Assembly (NCBI GenBank): GCA_038063455.1 | Contig: JBBTVB010000005.1 | Span: 67,482 to 131,481 of the forward strand | Length of the DNA stretch: 64,000 nt | Direction of reading: 5' to 3' | Source of the DNA: Patescibacteria group bacterium | Lineage (GTDB): Bacteria > Patescibacteriota > Patescibacteriia > PEXW01 | Shown: positions 1-7,534 of the stretch, in pieces | Layout: every line of letters begins with the position of its first letter | Position numbering within the stretch: the stretch's first letter is position 1 | Made by a program: the position numbers and the translations under genes | Notes under the pieces: model-generated | Seen by the model: the letters and a program-made list of their open reading frames with translations, nothing else | What the model was told of the DNA's origin: nothing | Databases searched by the model: none

Positions 1-15
1 GCCGTGCCAACACTT

Positions 16-348
16 TCAGGCGAGTGGAGTACCATTTGGTAACATACGCTCGGGTTTGGCAAGGACTACAGAACCATCCGGCTGAACAAACCCGGTAGTA
101 AGAACTTCCGATGTGAACGGCCCAATCTGTTTCGGTGAAAAACCCGTAGCGCAAATCAACTGGGCGCCTAACAGGTCTGCTTTGCGATACAACGTAGTAA
201 TCTGAGCACTACTCTGCTTTACGCCAAAGGGACCAAAATCTACCCAAAGCTTGTATGCGGATTTTTGCGCCTCGGGAAAATCTTCTATACGAATAACAGT
301 TCCCACCCGCAAGCCTACATTCTCAAAATCCTTCCAGGTAATACTCAT
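16..348 (-). CDS. tRNA-binding domain protein (CsaA/YgjH-like)
   Basis: 110-aa ORF. FPEAQKSAYKLWVDFG...SSAQIT...KQIGPFTSEVLTTG matches the pattern I recognise for CsaA-type OB-fold tRNA-binding proteins. Confidence 0.7.
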   Translation of the reverse strand: MSITWKDFENVGLRVGTVIRIEDFPEAQKSAYKLWVDFGPFGVKQSSAQITTLYRKADLLGAQLICATGFSPKQIGPFTSEVLTTGFVQPDGSVVLAKPERMLPNGTPLA

Positions 349-356
349 AAACTATA

Positions 357-914
357 CTATACCTGCTTGTGGCGTGGGCAATCAACCAGGTGATCATTCA
401 CCATCCCCGATGCTTGCATAAATGCATAGCAGATCGTCGAGCCAACAAAGGTAAAACCCGCATCTTTAAGGGCCACGCTCATGGCGTCGGACTCTTTGCT
501 GCGCGCAGGGATTTGCTTGGAACTCTTCCAGCGATTGACCTTTGGTTTATTACCGACAAACTGCCAAATGAAGGCGTCAAAACTACCATGAAGTTTTTGG
601 ATGTGTAAAAATACTTGGGCATTTTTTACCGTGCCGGCAATCTTCAAGCGGTTACGGATAATGCCTGGGTTGGCAAGTAACTGCCGGAGTTTTGCGCCTT
701 TATAGTTGACAATTTTCTTGGGGTCGAAATTATCAAAAGCGGCTGCAAAATTTTTCCGCTTGTGCAGCACCGTTCGCCAACTTAAACCGGCCTGGAACGC
801 ATCGAGTACCATGAATTCGAACAATTTCCGATCATTGTGCAGCGGCACGCCCCACTCTGTATCGTGGTAGCGCTGCATGAGTTTGTCTTCACCGGGCCAG
901 GGACAGCGATTCAT
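357..914 (-). CDS. tag: DNA-3-methyladenine glycosylase I
   Basis: 185-aa ORF. YHDTEWGVP...LFEFMVLDAFQAGLSW...CYAFMQASGMVNDH is typical of Tag. Confidence 0.85.
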   Translation of the reverse strand: MNRCPWPGEDKLMQRYHDTEWGVPLHNDRKLFEFMVLDAFQAGLSWRTVLHKRKNFAAAFDNFDPKKIVNYKGAKLRQLLANPGIIRNRLKIAGTVKNAQVFLHIQKLHGSFDAFIWQFVGNKPKVNRWKSSKQIPARSKESDAMSVALKDAGFTFVGSTICYAFMQASGMVNDHLVDCPRHKQV

Positions 915-916
915 AT

Positions 917-1336
917 TTACAAATTTTGAATCTGACCAAGATCACCATTTAACACTAAGGGTTTCATTGCCTGAATCTCACTCTCATAAAAGGGATTCTG
1001 TGGTATGGGCTTCCAAAAAAATATCTTTTTCCGTTGTAAATAGGCAATGCCAATTTCTAAAAAAGTATTCCCACCAATATAATTTTCAACACCATTTTTG
1101 TCAAAATTCAATACAAGTACTCCATCAGCATCGGCAAAATTTTCTATATCTTTGCGTATAGCATCTTCAGCGTGCTTCTGCTGCAATTTTAGTATTTCTT
1201 GCTCCTCCGCTGTTTTCCCGAGCATGGTCGAGAGGAAAGTCGAGTATATGGGGGTATGCCCCAAGTCAACAAGACGTTTACCGACGTCCTGCATTCCTAG
1301 GCTAAATTGCATACTACCGAGAATGGCAATTTTCAT
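917..1336 (-). CDS. hypothetical protein (possibly nucleoside deoxyribosyltransferase-like fold)
   Basis: ORF trimmed to MKIAILGSMQF... (ATG at 1336). The N-terminal beta-strand/Gly pattern resembles small Rossmann-like proteins. Function not established. Confidence 0.45.
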   Translation of the reverse strand: MKIAILGSMQFSLGMQDVGKRLVDLGHTPIYSTFLSTMLGKTAEEQEILKLQQKHAEDAIRKDIENFADADGVLVLNFDKNGVENYIGGNTFLEIGIAYLQRKKIFFWKPIPQNPFYESEIQAMKPLVLNGDLGQIQNL

Positions 1337-1400
1337 ACTTAGTGTCTTACCCACGAGTAAAACGAGAGTGGAACTTACAGAGTAGAACATTTCCAAATTT

Positions 1401-1688
1401 TTATCGAGTTTTGTACGCCGACAAAAAATCCCAGGTCCGCTGGCGTTCTTCTTGGGTTGTGCGGACAGATCTTTCTAGGCCGTCTAAAATGTTCCCAAAA
1501 TACGCTGACTGGATAAACGGCGGTTGTGCCAAACGAACGCCAGCCGTCCCGCTCGTGGTAGGGGTCAGGCTGGTAACTACGCAGTGGTTGTCCTGGGTTA
1601 AGGTCGTCGAAAAACCCGTACTACCACAAGCGAAGTTAACCAGTTGGCCGTTTTGGACGGTCACTTTTACATCAGCAACAATCAACAA
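1401..1688 (-). CDS. hypothetical protein
   Basis: 95-aa ORF on the same strand as its neighbours. It looks more protein-like than the overlapping plus-strand ORF. TTG start with an in-frame TAA immediately upstream. Confidence 0.3.
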   Translation of the reverse strand: MLIVADVKVTVQNGQLVNFACGSTGFSTTLTQDNHCVVTSLTPTTSGTAGVRLAQPPFIQSAYFGNILDGLERSVRTTQEERQRTWDFLSAYKTR

Positions 1689-1966
1689 TTACGAGGTCTG
1701 TAAGATAATCGGCACTTCCCAGGTATCGCCGACCGTATAGGTGGTTGCCGCTTGGAGGTGCAAATTTTCTTGGGTTTAAAATTTTTTAATATGTAGCTAA
1801 AGACCCGCGATTTACGCTGCATCTAGTACACCATAACCGGATTAAAACAATCTTAACGGGGGTACGATAAAAACGTGACGTAGGTCAAGTGTGACTCAAT
1901 CCTTGTATACCTAGAATGCCACCTATGCCTTTTTAGCTCGTATCATCGGGGTTCGCTGGTCGGCAG

Positions 1967-2752
1967 TTATACTCTTTGGCTAAGTATGAATCGGTGGAAA
2001 ACAAATGCATAGGCTAGTGCGGATAGATAGGCCAGCAGCGTTCCTACAACAATACCAAATGCCGGAACGATTAAAAAAAATAGTACCCCGAAAATAACGT
2101 TGCCGATGCTCCCATGCGGCATGGTTTTTGCCACTGAAGAAGTGAAGTCAATGCCATAGCGCCTATCTAAAATTACCAGCGAAGAAGAAAAAGCGGCCGG
2201 GAATCCGGCAAACATACCACCCCAGAGTGGGCCGAGTATTTTGGTAAGCAAGACGACTAGACAGACAATACCCCCAGTGCTTACTATGCGGAGCGCTACC
2301 TCGGTCTTGGTTAGAGTAATGGAAGCAAGCTTCCGGTCGGGAAAATTACGGAGGTAAACGATAGCACAAGTAAAGAAAATTGCTGCCAAGGCGACGGATA
2401 GGGTAATGCTCTTGATTGAGCTGGCCACCAATGGGAGCGTCAGACATGCCCATATCAGTAGGCCGCCAGCCAAAGCAATAATTCTCCCCCACCGACGTAG
2501 GTAAATGAAGCCAACAATAAAGAGGTTATTGGCGGCAATCGAAGCCGGGATGATCGGCATGGCCCGAACAGCCACATCCGTTCCTTGTGACCAGGCAATA
2601 AAAAGGATGCTGATAAGTAAACTTCCGGGTAGACCAATGAGCAAACCCCCAATCCGTGACCCGAACTTTTCTGAAACCCAAATGGCGAAAGCAATATATG
2701 AGCCACCAATCAAGAACGAGAGTAGTAATTTAATAAAAAATTGTATTTCCAT
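1967..2752 (-). CDS. integral membrane protein, unknown function
   Basis: 261-aa ORF made almost entirely of hydrophobic helices (about 8 predicted by eye). Confidence 0.6.
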   Translation of the reverse strand: MEIQFFIKLLLSFLIGGSYIAFAIWVSEKFGSRIGGLLIGLPGSLLISILFIAWSQGTDVAVRAMPIIPASIAANNLFIVGFIYLRRWGRIIALAGGLLIWACLTLPLVASSIKSITLSVALAAIFFTCAIVYLRNFPDRKLASITLTKTEVALRIVSTGGIVCLVVLLTKILGPLWGGMFAGFPAAFSSSLVILDRRYGIDFTSSVAKTMPHGSIGNVIFGVLFFLIVPAFGIVVGTLLAYLSALAYAFVFHRFILSQRV

Positions 2753-2802
2753 AGAACTTGTATAGCGCCAGTAATGTTTGAACCAGTCTCTGAACTATTT
2801 CG

Positions 2803-3672
2803 TCAGGGCATGTGACTTGAATTCAACTTTTTTACTAACTCATTCAAATAGTACTGTGGGGCGGCGTCATTTTTAATAGCTGCCAATAGGTATTGCAAAG
2901 CTGCCGATTTATTGCTTCTTGCTTTTTTTAAAATAAGAGCAAATATCGTACACGGCTCATGTTTACCTGTCTCATGGATGTTCAATGCTTCTACTAATAT
3001 TGGAAGTGATTTCCTCATTTCAAGATTCAAAAAGTTTTTAATAAGATGGCTATCCATGGTAAATAACCTATCTCCATTTTTTTGAACTCTTTTAATGAAA
3101 TCAAAAACTAGTGTTTTTTCAGAAATACCCAATGAGAGCTCTGTTGTCCTTTTAACAATATCCATTGGTTTTCCGGATTTTAATTCTTTGGTAAGGAGTA
3201 AAAGAATGGGTTCATTGGTTGTATTAATAAGATTGTGGTAAAAACCTTCACCATTTTCTTTGACAATAAAAAGGGTCTCTTTAGAAGACAATACTTTTTG
3301 TTTATGGATATTTTTATTACTAACAATACGGGCGTACGGAACACTTTCTTCAGTAACAGCTTCTCTGCTTACCAAGTAGGAAAATGTAAGACAATTCTTT
3401 AATAGGCTAGGGTTTTTCTTCCCCTCTCTCAAAGCCCCGATGACAAGGACCTTGGCTTTTCGAACTTCATCATGAGAACTTAGCTCATGAATATCATTGG
3501 CCGTGTATCCATGCGGCAGAAGGACTATCATCCTCGAAACCAAGGTCTTGCCTTCATCTTTAGCCTTAACAATATAAGAATGAGGACGATCAACTATTTC
3601 AGTTCTTACATCCTGAAAGACTTTTTCCGTTAACTTTTTAACTGCTTCGTGATTTAAAAAATCCTGGGCCAT
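2803..3672 (-). CDS. hypothetical protein on a low-GC islet
   Basis: ORF trimmed to MAQDFLNHEAV (ATG 3672) because the tracked upstream extension overlaps tRNA-Ser. Lys/Asn/Ile-rich and clearly more AT-rich than the flanks. Confidence 0.55.
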   Translation of the reverse strand: MAQDFLNHEAVKKLTEKVFQDVRTEIVDRPHSYIVKAKDEGKTLVSRMIVLLPHGYTANDIHELSSHDEVRKAKVLVIGALREGKKNPSLLKNCLTFSYLVSREAVTEESVPYARIVSNKNIHKQKVLSSKETLFIVKENGEGFYHNLINTTNEPILLLLTKELKSGKPMDIVKRTTELSLGISEKTLVFDFIKRVQKNGDRLFTMDSHLIKNFLNLEMRKSLPILVEALNIHETGKHEPCTIFALILKKARSNKSAALQYLLAAIKNDAAPQYYLNELVKKLNSSHMP

Positions 3673-3706
3673 ATCGATATTTGGGTCACCCGATACTAAG
3701 TTGTCC

Positions 3707-3794
3707 TGGCGGAGAGGCAGGGATTCGAACCCTGGATACCTTGCGGTATACTCGCTTTCCAAGCGAGCGCACTAGACCACTATGCGACCTCTCC
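3707..3794 (-). tRNA. tRNA-Ser (anticodon GGA), encoded CCA
   Basis: Minus-strand sequence GGAGAGG-TC-GCAT..AGTGC-G-CTCGC-TTGGAAA-GCGAG-long variable arm-CAGGG-TTCGAAT-CCCTG-CCTCTCC-GCCA folds as a class II cloverleaf. The anticodon loop is TTGGAAA. Confidence 0.9.
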
Positions 3795-4037
3795 AGGTTG
3801 CGCAAACAAATTCTTAAATTGAATTCCACCCTTATACTTTTTTATTCCCAACTCACGACGATATGCCGCGCTTCGGGTTGTGTATGTTTCCGTATAAACT
3901 ACTTTCCAAGGACGATAGGCTTTTGTAGCTTTTACGTCACCACGATTATGTCGGACGAGGCGCGATGACAGGTCGTCAGTATGACCTATATAATGCCGCC
4001 CATTCTGCAAGCTTTTAAGTATATACACGGCGTACAT
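3780..4037 (-). CDS. GIY-YIG nuclease family protein (short URI-domain type)
   Basis: 85 aa from ATG 4037: MYAVYILKSLQNGRHYIGHTDDLSSRLVRHNRG...RELGIKKY, which is the GIY...YIG...R...E motif order. The last 5 codons overlap the 5' end of tRNA-Ser. Confidence 0.8.
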   Translation of the reverse strand: MYAVYILKSLQNGRHYIGHTDDLSSRLVRHNRGDVKATKAYRPWKVVYTETYTTRSAAYRRELGIKKYKGGIQFKNLFAQPGEVA

Positions 4038-4078
4038 AGTTTGCTTTCTGCCGCAGGGCGGCATCCCGCTCCGCGGGA

Positions 4079-4113
4079 CAAGCGAGCGCACTCGACCACT
4101 ATGCGACCTCTCC
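4079..4113 (-). repeat. duplicated copy of tRNA-Ser nucleotides 1-35 (5' half up to the anticodon)
   Basis: 4079-4113 matches 3760-3794 at 34 of 35 positions. The single difference (A/C) is in the D-loop. Confidence 0.85.
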
Positions 4114-4192
4114 AAGTGCGGTGCACGCGTACAATAGCGGGTATCTGCTATGCTGTGAAGAGTCACACACTACGCTCACTAACCCAAGCACT

Positions 4193-4450
4193 ATGACCAC
4201 CTACAAAAACTGTCAGAGCTGCGGTATGCCGCTAAAAGATGGCGCTAATGCGGGCACGAATGCCGACGGCACGCCGAATGACCGGTTCTGCAAGAACTGC
4301 TACCAAAGTGGCCAATTTACCGAGCCGAACATCACCGTCACACAGATGCAAGACAAAGTGCAGGGCATTATGAAAGGCATGCACTTCCCCGGCTTTATGG
4401 CCAAGTGGTTTACGAAGAGTATTCCGAACTTAGAGCGCTGGAAAAAATAA
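4193..4450 (+). CDS. zinc-ribbon domain protein
   Basis: 85 aa from ATG 4193. CQSCGMP...FCKNCY forms a four-Cys ribbon. Confidence 0.6.
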   Translation: MTTYKNCQSCGMPLKDGANAGTNADGTPNDRFCKNCYQSGQFTEPNITVTQMQDKVQGIMKGMHFPGFMAKWFTKSIPNLERWKK

Positions 4451-4460
4451 TAAAGCCGTC

Positions 4461-4730
4461 CTAGGGAGGACGGCTATCTTCGCGAAGCTGATCAATGGTT
4501 CGCAGCCTATATGCTGCGAGTATGCCTTGAATATACCCAAGCCAACGGAACGCTTTTTCCATTCTCTGGCCTGCAATAAGTTGACGCATCTCGACTAGCA
4601 TCCACCTCAAGTGGGACAGGTGTTCCTCCTTACTTGGATGCTCAGCATACTGCACAATTTGTTGGATGGGATACGCTACGAGCAGCACTTCGTACTTTGC
4701 GACGACTTCAAGAACTTTTTCTGGTGTCAT
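4461..4730 (-). CDS. hypothetical protein
   Basis: 89 aa from ATG 4730, preceded by a GAGGAGAAAC ribosome-binding site. Confidence 0.45.
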   Translation of the reverse strand: MTPEKVLEVVAKYEVLLVAYPIQQIVQYAEHPSKEEHLSHLRWMLVEMRQLIAGQRMEKAFRWLGYIQGILAAYRLRTIDQLREDSRPP

Positions 4731-4883
4731 GTTTCTCCTCTTTTTGTGTGAGGTCTTCTTACTGGAGTTCGTCCAAAGCGTCAAGAAAACCGCCTTAGGG
4801 GGCGGCCTTCTTTTTGATACTTGTTGATTACTTCCGCCATGCACCACTCGCGTTGCTCGGATGCATGGCAAGCTTGGCCTTTT

Positions 4884-4949
4884 GTGGTGCATGCCCTGTA
4901 CCCGAACCCCGCAAAGCGGGATAAACTCCGTGAGTGGTTCAGGGTAGCC
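4884..4949. repeat. REP-like palindromic element (GTGGTKCATRCCCTG...GGTTCAGGG family)
   Basis: Homologous by eye to 29550-29618, including the internal CCCGC-N-GCGGGATAAACTCCG core. Confidence 0.6.
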
Positions 4950-4972
4950 TCCACTTCTCCAACAGCTAGTAC

Positions 4973-7435
4973 TTAACGCCCTGCCTTCTTCTCGGCCTGA
5001 CCGATGGCGATGGTAGTTTTGATGACTGTGTCCGGGTTGAGGGAAATGCTATCAATCCCCTCCTGCGCCAAGAACTGAGCAAAGTCCGGGAAGTCAGATG
5101 GAGCTTGGCCGCAAATGCCGATCTTGCGCTTGTACTGCTTGGCCCCGCGGATGACGGTACGGATAAGCTCTTTGACGCCGGCATTGCGCTCGTCATACAC
5201 GTGCGCTACCAAGGCCGAGTCGCGGTCCACGCCCAGGGTCAGCTGCGTAAGGTCGTTAGAGCCAATCGAGAAGCCATCAAAAATTTTACTAAACTCTTTC
5301 ACGAGAATAACGTTGTTGGGAATTTCGCACATCACGTACACTTCCAGCCCATCTTTGTGCTGCACCAGGCCGTACTTTTTCATGGTGGCAATTACCTTCT
5401 TACCTTCTTCCACGGTGCGACAGAACGGCACCATGACTTTGAGATTTTTGAGGCCCATCACATCGCGGACTTTTTTGAGCGCCAAGCATTCCAGCCGGAA
5501 GGCCGGTTCGTACTTGGGGTCGTAGTAACGGGACGCGCCGCGCCAGCCAATCATCGGGTTGCCTTCAATGGGCTCAAAGGCTTTGCCGCCCACCAAGTTA
5601 GCGTACTCATTGGTTTTGAAGTCCGACAGGCGGATGATAACGTCTTTCGGGTAGAAAGCGGCGGCAATGCGACCCACACCTTCGGCGAGCTTGTCGACAA
5701 AGTACTGTGACTTGTTGGTGTAGCCGTAGGTCAGCTGTTCAATTTGCTTGCGCACACTCGGCTCTTTCACTTTGCCGAAATTGAGCAGGGCCATGGGGTG
5801 CACCTTGATGTAGTCATTGATGACAAATTCCTCGCGCGCCAAGCCCACGCCGTCGTTCGGGATGAAGCTATCGGCAAAGGCGGATTCCGGGTTACCTACG
5901 TTCATCATCACTTTAGTGCGCGGCCGCTTCAATTCTTTCAGGTTGGTTTTGCGGATGCTAAAGGGTAGCTTGCCGGCGTACACAAACCCCTTCTCGCCTT
6001 CGGCACAGGAGACCGTTACCATGCCAGCTTTACTCAAGTCTGCAGTGCCAGTGCCTGTGCCCACCACACACGGTACGCCCAGCTCGCGAGAGATAATGGC
6101 GGCGTGGCAGGTGCGGCCGCCGGAGTTGGTAATAATCGCGGCCGCCTTTTTCATAATCGGCTCCCAGTCGGGGTCGGTCATTTCCGTTACCAACACTTCG
6201 CCCGCTTTAAACTGGCCAATATCTTTTACGTCTTCAATAATGTGCACTTGACCGCTGGCGATCTTGGCGCCAATCGAACCGCCCTGGGTCAGGACTTTAC
6301 CGCGTTTGCCCAAAATGTAGGTTTCCAGCACGTTCGGGTTGCGGCGGCTAGTGACGGTTTCGGGCCGGGCCTGCACGATGAAGAGTTTGTTCGTCTCGCC
6401 GTCTTTGGCCCACTCCATGTCCATGGGCTTAAAGTGGCCGGCTTTCTTAGAGTAGTGGTCTTCCACAATCACCGCCCACTTGGCGAGCTGCAAAATTTCG
6501 GGCTCGGTAAGCGCAAACTTCTGCCGGTCGGGGTCGGACACGCGCACGTTCTTCACCGGCTTGGTGCCGCCGGTGGCGTAAATCATTTTAATTTCCTTGC
6601 TACCCACGCGCTTGCCGACAATCGGCTTAAAGCCTAGGCGCAGCGTGGGCTTATGCACGTAGTACTCGTCTGGAGTCACGGCGCCTTGCACAATATTCTC
6701 ACCCAAACCGTAGCTGGCATTAATCATGACCGCGTCTTTGAAGCCCGACTCGGTGTCGATGGAGAACATGACGCCGCTGGTGGCCAAGTCGGACCGCACC
6801 ATCTTCTGCACACCAATGGAGAGGGAAACCTTGAAGTGGTCGAACTTCTTTTCGGCGCGGTAGCTTATGGCCCGGTTGGTAAACAGCGAGGCAAAGCATG
6901 CCCGGCAGGATTGGATGAGCGCGTCTTCACCATGCACGTTGAGGTAGGTTTCTTGCTGGCCCGCAAACGATGCGTCTACCAAATCTTCAGCCGTGGCACT
7001 GGAGCGTACTGCGGTGTCCACATTCTTCACGCCGTTCTCTTTCGACAACCGGCGATACGCCTGCACGATTTCTTCGCGTAGCTCGGGCGGGAATTCCGCG
7101 TGCAAAATTGTCTCGCGCACGCGGCGGCCGTGGTCGTACAGATTTTTTAAATTATCGACCTTCAGGTCTTTCAAAATCCGGCGAATATCATCCTGAATTT
7201 TTGCTTTGGTCAGCAGGTATTGGTAGGCGTAAGCCGTAATGGCAAAACCATTAGGGATTTTGACACCCTTGCTGGTGAGCTCGCGGTACATTTCTCCCAA
7301 GCTGGCGTTCTTCCCGCCCACGAGCGGCACGTCAGCAATGCCAATTTCATCAAACCACAAAATAAACCGCTTACGTTTTTCAGCGGCGGTCGGCATGCGC
7401 TTCGGCATAGGGTGTGTGTTTAGAGAACGTGACAA
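4973..7435 (-). CDS. ppsA: phosphoenolpyruvate synthase (pyruvate, water dikinase)
   Basis: 820-aa ORF with an N-terminal ...VPLVGGKNASLGEM..., a central GGRTCHAAIISRELGVP phosphohistidine motif and a C-terminal PEP-utilising domain. The exact start is uncertain. Confidence 0.92.
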   Translation of the reverse strand: MSRSLNTHPMPKRMPTAAEKRKRFILWFDEIGIADVPLVGGKNASLGEMYRELTSKGVKIPNGFAITAYAYQYLLTKAKIQDDIRRILKDLKVDNLKNLYDHGRRVRETILHAEFPPELREEIVQAYRRLSKENGVKNVDTAVRSSATAEDLVDASFAGQQETYLNVHGEDALIQSCRACFASLFTNRAISYRAEKKFDHFKVSLSIGVQKMVRSDLATSGVMFSIDTESGFKDAVMINASYGLGENIVQGAVTPDEYYVHKPTLRLGFKPIVGKRVGSKEIKMIYATGGTKPVKNVRVSDPDRQKFALTEPEILQLAKWAVIVEDHYSKKAGHFKPMDMEWAKDGETNKLFIVQARPETVTSRRNPNVLETYILGKRGKVLTQGGSIGAKIASGQVHIIEDVKDIGQFKAGEVLVTEMTDPDWEPIMKKAAAIITNSGGRTCHAAIISRELGVPCVVGTGTGTADLSKAGMVTVSCAEGEKGFVYAGKLPFSIRKTNLKELKRPRTKVMMNVGNPESAFADSFIPNDGVGLAREEFVINDYIKVHPMALLNFGKVKEPSVRKQIEQLTYGYTNKSQYFVDKLAEGVGRIAAAFYPKDVIIRLSDFKTNEYANLVGGKAFEPIEGNPMIGWRGASRYYDPKYEPAFRLECLALKKVRDVMGLKNLKVMVPFCRTVEEGKKVIATMKKYGLVQHKDGLEVYVMCEIPNNVILVKEFSKIFDGFSIGSNDLTQLTLGVDRDSALVAHVYDERNAGVKELIRTVIRGAKQYKRKIGICGQAPSDFPDFAQFLAQEGIDSISLNPDTVIKTTIAIGQAEKKAGR

Positions 7436-7534
7436 GGTGTTTGTATTCTAGCACAAAAACAGCGGATTGTCTACTCAAAATAAAAACGACCTCTGCTCTG
7501 GGAGCAGGGGCCGTTGTAAAAAGATAGTGCTGAC

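Noticed and set aside
1689-1763. Possible N-terminal extension of ORF 1401-1688 across an in-frame TAA (…YTVGDTWEVPIILQTS*LLIVADVKV…), i.e. a pseudogene or recoding event
   Set aside because: The upstream piece is only ~25 codons from a TTG and has no supporting homology that I can recognise. This is insufficient to claim a disrupted gene.
3795-4078. GIY-YIG insert as a group I intron in the tRNA-Ser anticodon loop
   Set aside because: The breakpoint position is suggestive. However, a complete, uninterrupted tRNA-Ser follows the insert. The non-ORF part of the insert is about 40 nt, too short for a group I core. I could not identify P/Q/R/S elements. The locus is kept only as a mobile-cassette hypothesis.
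5105-7081. Multiple long plus-strand ORFs antisense to ppsA. Similar antisense or alternative-frame ORFs occur within groEL (11267-12745), uvrA (19059-20889), the O-antigen-ligase/NTase-like genes (16552-17535), rnj (30564-31439), the 1302-aa gene (32771-34528, 35111-36016), glyA (46654-47718), ychF, the methyltransferase, the RT and the 771-aa gene.
   Set aside because: These are typical shadow ORFs of GC-rich coding sequence. Each overlaps a gene with strong family-level motifs, and they have Arg/Ala/Gly/Pro-biased, low-complexity translations.
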